From an uncultured Alphaproteobacteria bacterium (lineage in GTDB: Bacteria > Pseudomonadota > Alphaproteobacteria > SMXQ01): a stretch of DNA of 64,000 bases. A model generated the notes under the pieces. The model did no database searches. It saw only the letters and a list, made by a program, of their open reading frames with translations, and had not been told where the DNA came from. Below, one piece after another: positions 16,882-26,704 of the stretch; position 1 is the stretch's first letter, and each line of letters begins with the position of its first letter. A program made the position numbers and the translations under genes. The stretch lies in contig CAVTBD010000001.1 of NCBI GenBank assembly GCA_963732875.1, positions 20,780 through 84,779 of the forward strand, given 5' to 3'.

Positions 16882-18856
16882 TTACCCACTGGTCGCGGTT
16901 TGTGAAGGCACCTGCGCCTCTTCGGCAAGTCTAGCGCGCGCTTCATCGAGCGCAAGCGATTCTTGCGCGGTCGAGCCGAGACGGCGCACCGCGACCGTGC
17001 GCTGCTCGGCCTCGCGCCGGCCGATCGCGAGGATCACCGGCACTTTGGCGAGGGAATGCTGGCGCACCTTGTAGCCGATCTTTTCGTTGGTGAGGTCGAG
17101 CTCGACCCGGAGCCCGGCCGCGCGCAAGGCGTGCGCCACCTCGCGGGCATAGGAATCGCCGTCGTTGGTGATGGTGGCGATGACCACCTGCACCGGCGCG
17201 AGCCACAGCGGGAACGCGCCGGCGTAGTGCTCCACCAGGATGCCGATGAAGCGCTCGAACGAGCCCAGGATGGCGCGGTGCAGCATCACCGGGCGGTGGC
17301 GTCCGCCGTCCTCGCCGGTATAGGCGGCGTCGAGCCGCTCGGGCAGCACGAAGTCCACCTGCAGCGTGCCGCACTGCCAGTCGCGGCCGATGGCGTCGCG
17401 CAGCACGAACTCGAGCTTGGGCCCGTAGAACGCGCCCTCGCCCGGGTTGAGGATGGTCTCGAGCCCGGCGGCGGCGACCGCCTCCTTGAGCGCGCCCTCG
17501 GCGCGGTCCCAGATGTCGTCGCTGCCGGCGCGCGTCTCGGGCCGGTCGGAGAACTTCACCACGACTTCCGCAAAGCCGAAGTCCTGGTAGACGGCTGAGC
17601 AGCAGGTCGCAGAACGCCTTGGTCTCGGACGTGATCTGGTCCTCGGTGCAGAAGATATGGGCGTCGTCCTGGGTGAAGGCACGCACGCGCATGATGCCGT
17701 GCAGCGCGCCCGAGGGCTCGTAGCGGTGGCACGAGCCGAACTCGGCCATGCGCAGCGGCAGGTCGCGGTAGCTCTTGATGCCCTGGCGGAAGATCTGCAC
17801 GTGGCACGGGCAGTTCATCGGCTTGATGGCGAGCACGCGCTCGCCTTCGCTCTTCTTCGCTTCCTCGGAGCGCGGCGAGGCCGTGAACATGGCGTCGCCG
17901 AACTTCTCCCAGTGGCCCGACTGCTCCCACAGCACGCGGTCCACCAGCATCGGCGTCTTGACCTCGACGTAGCCCGAGGCTTCGAGCCGGCCGCGGATGT
18001 AGTTCTCGACCGTGCGATAGAGCGTCCAGCCCTTGGGGTGCCAGAACACGCTGCCGACCGCGAGCTCCTGGACGTGGAACAGGTCCATCTCGCGCCCCAA
18101 ACGACGATGGTCGCGGCGCTCGGCCTCCTCCAGCCGGTGCAGGTAGTCGGCCAGGTCCTTGTCGCTGGCCCAGGCGGTGCCGTAGATGCGCTGCAGCATC
18201 TCGTTGCGCGAATCGCCGCGCCAGTAGGCGCCGGCCAGCTTCATCAGCTTGAACGCCTTGCCGAGCTTGCCGGTGGACGGCAGGTGCGGCCCGCGGCACA
18301 GGTCGATGAAGTCGCCCTGGCGGTAGAGCGTCACGTCCTCGGCGGCCGGGATCGATTCGATGATCTCGGCCTTGTAGTGCTCGCCCTGGTCCTTGAAGAA
18401 CTGGACCGCCCGGTCGCGGTTCCACACCTCGCGTTCGATCCCCTCGTCGCGCGCGACGATCTCCTTCATGCGCGCCTCGATCTTCTCGAGGTCCTCGGGC
18501 GTGAACGGCTCGGCGCGCGAGAAGTCGTAGTAGAAGCCGTTCTCGATGGCGGGACCGATGGTGACCTGGGTCTCGGGATAGAGCTCCTTGACCGCCTCGG
18601 CCATGACATGGGCCGCGTCGTGGCGGATCAGCTCCAGCGCCTCGAGCCCGCTCTTGGGCGTGACGATCTCGATGCGCGCGTCGGCCTCGATCGGGCGCGC
18701 GAGGTCCCGCATCACCCCGTCGACCTTGACGGCAAGCGCGGCCTTGGCGAGGCCCGGACCGATGGCGGCCGCGACCTCGGCGCCGGTGGTCCCGCGCGCG
18801 ACCTTGCGCGAGGAGCCGTCGGGCAGCGTCAGCGTGATCTCAGCCATATCGTCCAA
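16882..18856 (-). CDS. thrS: Threonine--tRNA ligase, with an apparent frameshift near 17600-17610
   Basis: N-terminal ~400 aa in ORF 16943..18856 (TGS, editing and catalytic motifs ...[26 protein letters not shown]). C-terminal anticodon-binding domain in ORF 16882..17682 (...[14 protein letters not shown]...). Junction ...[11 protein letters not shown]|AVYQDFGF. Confidence 0.85.
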
Positions 18857-18940
18857 AGCCTTCGAATCCGGGGTTTCACGGGCCGGCGCCGGGCCGCTCC
18901 CGGCCGCCGCCGGGGGAGAGTAGCCGCGAGGGCGGCGGTG

Positions 18941-19984
18941 TCAAGCGGAGGGGGCGGCGGCTCCCGCCGGCCTTATCTCACGCTTCTTCAACAGCATGGC
19001 GGTGCGGACCTCATCGACCGTGAGGGCCGAGAGCTCCTGGCGGCGCAGAATCGCCACGGTGCGCGCGGGGCTGCCGGGCGGCACGGCGCGCGCGCCGGGG
19101 CCCTCGTAGGGGCCGCGCGGGCGGGTCAGCGCTGGGTCGGTGGCCGACGAATAGAGCACCAGCGACGGGCAGCCGGTGACGCCGATCAGATGCATGGGGC
19201 CGGTGTCGTTGCCGACCGCGCCGGCGGCGTCGCGGGCGAGCGACATCACCTCGAGGAGCGGCGAGTTGTCGCACAGGTTGACGATCTCGGGCGCGGCGGC
19301 GGCGACCTCGGCGCAGGCGTCGCGCTCGGCGCCGGCGCCCAGCACCACCGGGCGGTAGCCGACCGAAACCAGGCGCCGGGCGAGCTCGCCATATCGGGCC
19401 GCAGGCCAACGCTTCTCCGGATGGCCGGCCGAGCCGCCCGGCGCGATCAGCACGTAGGGCGCGCCGTCGTCGAGAAGCCGGTGGCGCGCGACGTCCACCC
19501 AGGCCCAGGACAGGTCGAGGGGCGGGTATTCGGATGCCGCGATGCCGGCGATGGCGAGCTGCTCGGCCTGGCGCTCCAGGGTATGGATGAAGTCGCGGCG
19601 CGGGTTGTCGTGGAAGTGCGAGCCCGCGGCGATATGGCCCGACCATTCCGGCCTCTGGCGCGCGAACGGCGGGCCCATCAGGCGGAAGTAGCTGCGCGTG
19701 CGGTCGGCGGTCTGCAGGTCGTAGACGCGCGCGAAGCCCGCGCCGTTGAGGCGCCGGGCGAGGCGCCACCACGCCAGCGGCCGGGCCATCGAGGGGCGCT
19801 CGTCGATCCAGACCTCGTCGAACAGGCCGGTCCGGCGCGCAAGGTCTTCGAGCGGGGCGATGGTCATGAGGGTGAGATGCGCGTCCGCGTGATGGGCGCG
19901 GATCGCGGTCATGGCGCGGTACGACAGGATGAAGTCGCCGAGCGCACCGAGCTTGATGACGAGGATGCGGGGACGGTCGTTCAC
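18941..19984 (-). CDS. Glycosyltransferase family 9 (ADP-heptose:LPS heptosyltransferase-like)
   Basis: MNDRPRILVIKLGALGDFILS... and a GT9 C-terminal ...GNDTGPMHLIGVTGCPSLVLY. Confidence 0.75.
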   Translation of the reverse strand: MNDRPRILVIKLGALGDFILSYRAMTAIRAHHADAHLTLMTIAPLEDLARRTGLFDEVWIDERPSMARPLAWWRLARRLNGAGFARVYDLQTADRTRSYFRLMGPPFARQRPEWSGHIAAGSHFHDNPRRDFIHTLERQAEQLAIAGIAASEYPPLDLSWAWVDVARHRLLDDGAPYVLIAPGGSAGHPEKRWPAARYGELARRLVSVGYRPVVLGAGAERDACAEVAAAAPEIVNLCDNSPLLEVMSLARDAAGAVGNDTGPMHLIGVTGCPSLVLYSSATDPALTRPRGPYEGPGARAVPPGSPARTVAILRRQELSALTVDEVRTAMLLKKREIRPAGAAAPSA

Positions 19985-20080
19985 AGATGCCTCGCGGGGG
20001 TATCGATCCCCCTCACCCGGTTCCGGCTAGGCTCGCTCGTCGTGCTTTGCACGCCTTCGCGTGACGCCAAGCCTCCACAA

Positions 20081-20212
20081 CCCTCTCCTCCGCAAGCGGG
20101 GGCGAGGGGCTTCAAGGGGAAAGCCAATGGATAAGTCCCTCTCCCCCGAATGGGGGAGAGGGTTGCGCAGGGTCGGCACGCAAGCGCCCTACCCGGAGCT
20201 GGGTGAGGGGGA
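20081..20212. repeat. GGAGAGGG-hairpin intergenic repeat element (REP/RIME/MITE-like), copy 1 of 3
   Basis: CCCTCTCCCCCgaatGGGGGAGAGGG hairpin followed by ...GCGCCCTACCCGGAGCTGGGTGAGGGGGA. An additional upstream CCCTCTCCTCCgcaagcGGGGGCGAGGGG module is present. Confidence 0.7.
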
Positions 20213-20270
20213 TTTGACGCCAAGTGCGATAGCATGATCATCGAGTCTCGCGCGGGATCGCGGGGGCGCC

Positions 20271-21521
20271 TCACGACGCCTGGACGACGTCGTCAGGCGC
20301 CGGGGCGGCAGCGGCCTCGAGCACCTCGGTGTAGACCGCGAGGGTCTTCGCGCACATCTGCTCCCGGGTGAAGCGCTCACGGACGGCGCGCATGGCCTCG
20401 GCGGCGAGGCGGTGGCGCGCCTCGGCCTTGAGCGTGAGCGCGGCATGAAGCGCGGTGGCGAGGCTTTCCGAGTTGCCCGGGCGGAACAGCCAGCCGGTGC
20501 GGCCCTCCTCCACGATCTCGACCGCGCCGCCGTGGGCCGGACCCGCGACCGGGCGGCCCATGGCCATGGCCTCGGCCAGCGTGCGGCCGAACGCCTCGGG
20601 CTTGGTCGCGGCCGAGACCACCACGTCGGACAGCATGTAGGCGGCCGGCATGTCGCGACAGTAGTCGACGAAGCGCACCAGGCCCTCGACCTCGCGGTTG
20701 CGCGCGAGCGCCGACAGGTGGGCGACGTAGTCGTTGGAGCCAGTATCCACGCCGGGCATCACGCACAGCACGTCGCGCCGGCCGAGGCGCGCGAGACCCT
20801 CGATCATCAGCTCGTGGCCCTTCCAGTCCGAGAAGCGCCCCGGCATCATGATGATCTTGCGGTCGTCGGGAAGCTGCCAGCGGGTGGCGAGCTGGATGAT
20901 GCGCTGCTGGGTCACGTTGTCGGGATCGAACAGGTGCACGTCCACGCCGCGCTGGATCACGCGCAGGCGCGCGGGCTCGACGTGATAGCGCTCGGTGATG
21001 TAGCGCGCGATGAATTCCGAGATCGCGATCACGCGCTCGCCGCGCGCCATCACCGCGTTGTAGTAGTGCTTGAGAAACGGCCGCTCGCCGTAGGTGCCGT
21101 GGAAGGTGGTGACGAAATGCACCCCGGCGCGTTTGGCCGCGGCCTCGGCGCTCCAGGCGGGCGCGCGCGAGCGCGCGTGGACGATGTCGACGTTGTGCTC
21201 GGCGATCAGCGCGGTGATGCGCTCGATGTTGCGGCGCATGACGAACGGGTTCTTGGAGGCAAGCGGCAGCTCGACATGGGTGACGCCGGCGCGCGTCAGC
21301 TCGCGCACCATGGGCCCGCCCTGGGAAGCCACCACCGCGCCCCAGCCCGCCTGGGCGAGCGCGGCGGCGATATCGACCGTGCCGCGCTCGACGCCGCCGC
21401 CCTCGAGCGAAGGCAGCACCTGGAGGACGACCGGCGGGCGGCCTTCCGGTGCCTCGCGCGCGGTGTTAGGTTGGGCCGCGCCGGCGGACTCGCCGGGGGC
21501 GCTGGCGTCGGATGCGCTCAT
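20271..21521 (-). CDS. Glycosyltransferase family 4 (GT-B)
   Basis: ...VVLQVLPSLEGGGVERGTVDIAAAL... N-terminal and a GT4 C-terminal domain (EAFGRTLAEAMAMGRPV). Start uncertain (ORF extends to 21560). Confidence 0.7.
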   Translation of the reverse strand: MSASDASAPGESAGAAQPNTAREAPEGRPPVVLQVLPSLEGGGVERGTVDIAAALAQAGWGAVVASQGGPMVRELTRAGVTHVELPLASKNPFVMRRNIERITALIAEHNVDIVHARSRAPAWSAEAAAKRAGVHFVTTFHGTYGERPFLKHYYNAVMARGERVIAISEFIARYITERYHVEPARLRVIQRGVDVHLFDPDNVTQQRIIQLATRWQLPDDRKIIMMPGRFSDWKGHELMIEGLARLGRRDVLCVMPGVDTGSNDYVAHLSALARNREVEGLVRFVDYCRDMPAAYMLSDVVVSAATKPEAFGRTLAEAMAMGRPVAGPAHGGAVEIVEEGRTGWLFRPGNSESLATALHAALTLKAEARHRLAAEAMRAVRERFTREQMCAKTLAVYTEVLEAAAAPAPDDVVQAS

Positions 21522-21551
21522 GGGGACGCGGTTATCTCCCAACGCGGACGG

Positions 21552-22346
21552 ATGATGCAAGAAACATTTGAAATTCTACCACGGGGCGGCAAGCCGTCCA
21601 TCGCCTACCGGCGCATGGCCGGGCCCGAAGGCACGGCGGGCACGGAGGCCCGGCCGGGCCTGGTGTTCATGGGCGGCTTCATGTCCGACATGACCGGCAC
21701 CAAGGCGGCCTGGCTGGAGGGCTTCGCCGCGCGCGCCGGGCTGCCCTATCTACGCTTCGACTATGCCGGCCACGGTGCCTCCGAGGGCGCGTTCGCCGAC
21801 GGCACCATCGGCGGCTGGCTCGACGACGCGCTCGACGCGCTGGATCGCCTGACCGAGGGTCCGCAGGTGCTGGTGGGCTCGTCCATGGGCGGCTGGCTCG
21901 CGCTGCTGGCCGCGCGCGACCGGCGCGACCGGGTCAAGGGCATCGTCGGCGTCGCCGCCGCACCCGATTTTACCGAGGACCTGATCCATGCCGAACTGTT
22001 GGCCACGGACCGCTACACCCTGATGACCGAGGGCGCGGTCGAGCAGGCGAGCGAGTACGGCGAGAGCGCCTACACCATCACCCGCGCGCTGATCGAGGAC
22101 GGGCGCGAGCACCTGCTCCTGCGAACGCCGATCGCGCTCGACTGCCCGGTGCGCCTGGTGCACGGGCTCGATGACCCGGACGTGCCGTGGCGCACGGCGC
22201 TGCGCATCGCGTCCAAGCTCAAGGGCGGCGACGTCACGGTGACCCTGATCAAGGGCGGCGACCACCGCCTGTCGCGGCCCGAGGACCTCGAGCGCATCGC
22301 CGCCGCGGTGATGGAGGTGGTGAACGGCGGCGCGGCAGCGGCCTAG
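21552..22346 (+). CDS. Alpha/beta-fold hydrolase
   Basis: MMQETFEIL..., nucleophile elbow GSSMGG, C-terminal His (GGDHRLSRPE). Confidence 0.7.
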   Translation: MMQETFEILPRGGKPSIAYRRMAGPEGTAGTEARPGLVFMGGFMSDMTGTKAAWLEGFAARAGLPYLRFDYAGHGASEGAFADGTIGGWLDDALDALDRLTEGPQVLVGSSMGGWLALLAARDRRDRVKGIVGVAAAPDFTEDLIHAELLATDRYTLMTEGAVEQASEYGESAYTITRALIEDGREHLLLRTPIALDCPVRLVHGLDDPDVPWRTALRIASKLKGGDVTVTLIKGGDHRLSRPEDLERIAAAVMEVVNGGAAAA

Positions 22347-22394
22347 GCGGTAGCGTCGTATCAGTCACGTCGCCCCGTCCTTTCGTCAGCTCCA

Positions 22395-22512
22395 CCCTCC
22401 ACCTCACCCTCCCGCTGCGCGGGTCCCTCCCTCTCCGCCCCCGGGGGCGGAGAGGGTTGCGAAAGGTTGGCGCGGTACGCGCCTACCCCGGAGCTGGGTG
22501 AGGTGGGGGCTG
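22395..22512. repeat. GGAGAGGG-hairpin intergenic repeat element, copy 2 of 3, with terminal inverted repeats
   Basis: TIRs CACCTCACCC...GGGTGAGGTG. Core CTCCCTCTCCGCCCCCGGGGGCGGAGAGGGTTGCG...CGCCTACCCCGGAGCTGGGTGAGG. Confidence 0.7.
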
Positions 22513-22520
22513 CGGTCTCC

Positions 22521-23396
22521 TTACCCGCCGGCGGCGAGCACCGCCCTAAGCCCTTCCCGATAGGTCGGATAGGTCAGCGTCACGCCGAGCGCCCGCTTAA
22601 GGCGGTCGTTGCGCACGCGCTTGTCGTCGGCCCAGAACGTGCGCGCCATCTCGGAAAGCCCGGCGTCGGCGAACGGCACCAGCGGCGGCGGGTCCATGCC
22701 GAGCAGGCTCGCGCCGAACGCCACCACCTCGGCCTGGGCCGCCGGCTCGTCGTCGCAGACGTTGAAAATATCGCCCGCGTTGGGCCGCGCCATCGCCGCC
22801 GTCAGCACCATGGCGATGTCGTCGACGTGGATGCGCGAGAACAGGTGGCCCGGCTTGTCGATGCACCGCGCGCGCCCGGCGCGGAGCTCGTCGAGCACGC
22901 TGCGCCCGGGCCCGTAGATGCCGGCGAGCCGGAACACGTGGACCGGCACGCCGGCGCGGTCGCCAAAGCGCAGCCATTGGAGTTCCGCCTGCACGCGCCG
23001 GCGCGTGCGCTCGGCGGTCGGGCGCAGGGCCGAGCCCTCGTCCACCCAGCCGCCGCCGCGGTCGCCGTAGACCCCGGTGGTCGAGAGGTAGCCGATCCAG
23101 CGCGGCCGCGCTTGGGCCAGGTCGCGGGCGTGGTGGCGCAGCACCGGATCGCCCGACGCGTCGGGCGGGATCGAAACCAGCACATGGGTCGCGCCATCGA
23201 GGGCGCCCTCCCCCATCGGCGCGGTGCCGTCGAACGGGAACGCTTCGACATCGCGCGAGAACAATGCCTCGGCCTTCTCGGGATCGCGCGTGGTACCGGC
23301 GACGGTGACGTTCTCCTGCGCCAGCGCGCGGGCCAGCGCCGCGGCCGAGTAGCCGAAGCCGAAGCAGAACAGCCGGTTCGAGGGGGCGAGCGTCAT
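22521..23396 (-). CDS. NAD-dependent epimerase/dehydratase family protein (SDR)
   Basis: 291 aa, Rossmann N-terminal (LFCFGFGYSAAALARAL) and epimerase-like C-terminal. Confidence 0.6.
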   Translation of the reverse strand: MTLAPSNRLFCFGFGYSAAALARALAQENVTVAGTTRDPEKAEALFSRDVEAFPFDGTAPMGEGALDGATHVLVSIPPDASGDPVLRHHARDLAQARPRWIGYLSTTGVYGDRGGGWVDEGSALRPTAERTRRRVQAELQWLRFGDRAGVPVHVFRLAGIYGPGRSVLDELRAGRARCIDKPGHLFSRIHVDDIAMVLTAAMARPNAGDIFNVCDDEPAAQAEVVAFGASLLGMDPPPLVPFADAGLSEMARTFWADDKRVRNDRLKRALGVTLTYPTYREGLRAVLAAGG

Positions 23397-23503
23397 GGCG
23401 CGCGATCATAAGGCCGCCCGGCGGTCCCGTGAACCGGCCCTTCAAATTTGCCACCCTGCGGGTGGGCCTTGCGGGCGAGAGGCGTTTGCGCGAAACATGC
23501 GCC

Positions 23504-24283
23504 ATGCCGTCGCCCAGGCCCATCCTCGCCGCCCTTGTCCTCGCGCTCGCCGTCGCCGCGTTGCCCGCGCTCGCCGCCACCAAGTCCAAGGCGCCGGCCA
23601 AGCCCAAGGTGGACCCCTATACCGCGTGCATGGAGAAGGCCCGCACCGCCCCCGACGAAGCGCTCAAGCAGGCGCAAGCCCTGTGGAAGGCGGGGGCCAA
23701 GACGCCGTCGCGGCACTGCGTTGCGACCGCGCTCCTGTCCATGGGGCGCTCGGCCCAGGCCGCCAAGGTGCTCGACGACCTCGTCCACGACCTCAAGGAC
23801 GCGCCCAAAGACCAGGTGGCCGAGCTCTCGGCCCAGGCCGCGCGCGCCTGGCTCGATGCCGGCAACGCCGCCAAGGCCGAGGCCGCCTTCGGCCGCGCCA
23901 TCGCGTTCAGCCCCAAGGACGCCGGGCTGCTGGTCGAGCGCGCCATCGCGCGCGGCGCGGCGGGCCGGGACTGGAACGCGCTCGACGACCTCAACCGCGC
24001 GGTCGAGCTGGCGCCCAAGGACGCGCTCGCCCGCGTGCTGCGCGGCGCCGCCTACCGGCGCGTGGGCGCGCCCGATCTCGCGCTCGAGAACCTGCAGGCG
24101 GCGCTCAGGCTCGCGCCCAACGACGCCGATGCCTGGCTCGAACTGGGCCTGCTGCACCAGAGCCAGGGGCGCAAGACCGAGGCCGAGCAGGCGTTCAACC
24201 GCGCCATCGCGCTCGATCCCAGGGGCGCCGCCGGGCGCACCGCGGCGGCGGCGCGGGCGCGCCTGCTGGGCACGTCGCATTAG
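23504..24283 (+). CDS. Secreted tetratricopeptide-repeat protein
   Basis: Signal peptide MPSPRPILAALVLALAVAALPALAA followed by TPR-like repeats (AW..AG....A...F..A). Confidence 0.6.
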   Translation: MPSPRPILAALVLALAVAALPALAATKSKAPAKPKVDPYTACMEKARTAPDEALKQAQALWKAGAKTPSRHCVATALLSMGRSAQAAKVLDDLVHDLKDAPKDQVAELSAQAARAWLDAGNAAKAEAAFGRAIAFSPKDAGLLVERAIARGAAGRDWNALDDLNRAVELAPKDALARVLRGAAYRRVGAPDLALENLQAALRLAPNDADAWLELGLLHQSQGRKTEAEQAFNRAIALDPRGAAGRTAAAARARLLGTSH

Positions 24284-24424
24284 TGTCTTCGCCCTTGGAT
24301 CAGAATGTCGTCATGCCCCGGCCCTCGGGACTGCGCGTCATGCGAATGCGTGCTGCGCACGACGCGCGGCCCAAGGACAAGCTTCACGTCCAGGGCATCC
24401 ATCGAAGCGGCATCTCGACACTAG

Positions 24425-24583
24425 ATCGTCATTCCCGCGAAAGCGGGAATCCAGACGTGGAAATCCATAGGTTGCCAACATGGATCCCCGCCTTCGCGGG
24501 GGTGACGATTCGGTTTGGATGACTGCGGCTCGCGCGCAAATCAAAGAGAGCGGGCATTCGCCCGCGGCACGGGAATGACGACA
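24425..24583. mobile_element. MITE/REP-like element with ~13-bp terminal inverted repeats and internal GC hairpins
   Basis: Left ATCGTCATTCCCG(cgaaagCGGGAATCC hairpin) ... right CGGGAATGACGAC. Internal hairpins CCCCGCCttcGCGGGGG and GCGGGCattcGCCCGC. A degenerate partial copy lies at 24307-24345. Confidence 0.5.
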
Positions 24584-24606
24584 GGGAGTGAGGTGCCCGG
24601 CGTCCC

Positions 24607-25335
24607 TCAGTTGCGCGGCGGCGGCGTCAGCGTCACCCAGGCGCTCAGGATAAGCTTCTCCTGGGTCGTGGCGGCGGCCGGCGCCGCGGACGAACCCACC
24701 GCCTCGGCGCGGGCCATGTAGGGCACCGGCCGGGGCGTCACCCCCGGGCCCGGCATGAACTCGACCCGGGCGATGGTCACGGTGCGGCCGGGCCACAGGA
24801 CCTTGGCGACCTCGACCTCGTTGCGCGCCATGGCGTAGATCTGGCCACGCAGGCTGCGCAGCACCGCCTCGCGCTCGGCCAGGGACGGGGTCGTGTCGAT
24901 GCTGGCCACCCGGAACGCCTTGCCGGGGCCACTCTCCTTGCGGACGCGCGCCGCCAGCCCGTCGAGGCGGGCCTGCGGCAGGCGCCCCTCGGCGCGAATA
25001 GTCCAGCGCGTGGCGCCGGCGGCGTCGCTGCCGCGCTCGAACCGGACGATGCGCCACGGCGCGTTGTCGATGCGCTTGAGCGCCGCCGTCACGTCGCGCC
25101 GCACCGCCGCCGGGTCCTGGTCGACCAGGGTGAGCTGGGCGGTGACGGCGACCTCGGCGGTCTCGGTGATGACCCAGTCCTCGGCGGTGAGCATGAGACG
25201 GATCTCCTCGGGCAACCGCACGGCCTCGGCGGCGCGGGCGGGACCGGCAAGGCCGGCGCAGACCACAAACGCGACGACGAGGACTTGGGCGAATCGGATC
25301 GGGGGCCGGGCCGAAGATAGACGTTTCGGATTCAT
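24607..25335 (-). CDS. Hypothetical secreted protein
   Basis: MNPKRLSSARPPIRFAQVLVVAFVVCAGLAGPARAAEA signal peptide. No recognisable domain. Confidence 0.5.
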   Translation of the reverse strand: MNPKRLSSARPPIRFAQVLVVAFVVCAGLAGPARAAEAVRLPEEIRLMLTAEDWVITETAEVAVTAQLTLVDQDPAAVRRDVTAALKRIDNAPWRIVRFERGSDAAGATRWTIRAEGRLPQARLDGLAARVRKESGPGKAFRVASIDTTPSLAEREAVLRSLRGQIYAMARNEVEVAKVLWPGRTVTIARVEFMPGPGVTPRPVPYMARAEAVGSSAAPAAATTQEKLILSAWVTLTPPPRN

Positions 25336-25430
25336 GGCGGTGTCTCCTTTTCGTCGCTGGAACGCAGCCGGCGCCCCGGGAGTCCCGAAATCGTGACGGT
25401 CCAATGTGACAACATCGGGGCGCATCGCCG

Positions 25431-25919
25431 TCACGCGTCGTCGGGCTTGTTCAGATTGTCCCGCGCGAACGCCTCCCAGTCGCCCTCGGGCGCGATGCAT
25501 TCGATCGTGGGGTCGGAGGAAAGCCGCATGGAGAGGCCGCCCGCGCGCCACAGCTCGCGCCAGCCGCCCTCGGACGAGAACGCCTTTTCCAGCACGCGCA
25601 CGCGCATCTTGCGCAGCACGTATTTCGGGATCAGCGCGAAGCCGAAGAAGGCGAGCACGGCGAGCAGCGACAGGCCCCACAGCCAGCCCTTGGTCACGCC
25701 GATGTAGGCCGACAGGAACAGGATCAGCGCCACCGGCCCCCAGTTCTCGTAGGCGTTGTAGACCGGCGAGCCCGGCCGGTTGAGGGCGAACAGGCGCGTG
25801 CCGAAGTGAATCCAGCCCAGCAGATAGGCGCGGTAGATCAGCTCGTGCGGCGTCTCGTCGCCGGTGCGCGGGCCGAGCTCTTCGAGCGGGGTCTGTTCGG
25901 GCTGCTTCTTCGCCATCAT
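25431..25919 (-). CDS. Hypothetical membrane protein
   Basis: 162 aa with 3 predicted TM segments (LLGWIHFGTRLFAL, GPVALILFLSAYIGV, LSLLAVLAFFGFALI). Confidence 0.5.
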   Translation of the reverse strand: MMAKKQPEQTPLEELGPRTGDETPHELIYRAYLLGWIHFGTRLFALNRPGSPVYNAYENWGPVALILFLSAYIGVTKGWLWGLSLLAVLAFFGFALIPKYVLRKMRVRVLEKAFSSEGGWRELWRAGGLSMRLSSDPTIECIAPEGDWEAFARDNLNKPDDA

Positions 25920-25947
25920 CTCCGTCTTTCAATATCCAGGAAGGGGT

Positions 25948-26619
25948 TCAGAAATCGAGGTCGGCATAGTGCCTGGGCGGCGGCAGGCCGGCGAGGTGGT
26001 CGGCGAGCAGCGGCCGGAACGACGGGCGCGACTTGATGCGCGCGTACCAGTCCTTGGCGAGCGGCCAGCGCTCCCACGGCACGTCGCCGATGTAGTCGAG
26101 GCACGACAGGTGCGCGGCGGCGGTAATGTCGGCCAGCGACAGGGTCTCGCCGGCAAGCCATTTGCGCCGCTCGACCAGATACGAGATGTAGTCGAGATGC
26201 ACGGGCAGGTTGGCGTGGCCGGCGCGGATCGCCGCCGAGCTCGGCTCGCCGAGCCCGAGGAAGCGCTTCATCATCTTCTCGCCGACCAGGTTGCGCGTCA
26301 CCTCGCGGTCGAACTTGAGGTCGAACCACAGCGTCAGGCGCCGCACCTCGGCGCGCGCCCGGGCGTCGGCACCGAGCAGGGCCGGCTTGGGATGGAGCTC
26401 CTCCAGGTATTCGGCGATGGCGAGCGATTCGGCCAGCACCGGGCCGTCGTCGCCCTCCACCAGCACCGGCACCTGCCCCGCCGGGTTGAGGGCGAGGAAC
26501 TGGGGCCGGCGCTCCCACACCTTCTCGACCTGCAGCTTGAACTCGAGCCCCTTCTCGTGAAGGACGACCCGAATCTTGCGGCTGAAGGGACAGAGCGCGA
26601 CGTGATAGAGGAGACGCAT
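25948..26619 (-). CDS. Glutathione S-transferase family protein
   Basis: MRLLYHVALCPFSRKIRVVLHEKGLEF... thioredoxin-like N-terminal domain plus a GST C-terminal domain. Confidence 0.8.
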   Translation of the reverse strand: MRLLYHVALCPFSRKIRVVLHEKGLEFKLQVEKVWERRPQFLALNPAGQVPVLVEGDDGPVLAESLAIAEYLEELHPKPALLGADARARAEVRRLTLWFDLKFDREVTRNLVGEKMMKRFLGLGEPSSAAIRAGHANLPVHLDYISYLVERRKWLAGETLSLADITAAAHLSCLDYIGDVPWERWPLAKDWYARIKSRPSFRPLLADHLAGLPPPRHYADLDF

Positions 26620-26704
26620 GGCGCGGTAATCTAGCCCGGATTTCCCGTAGCGTCACGGGCGGGCGCGGTTTGGGAAACCGGCGCCCCGGCAGGCGCCGAT
26701 GTCC

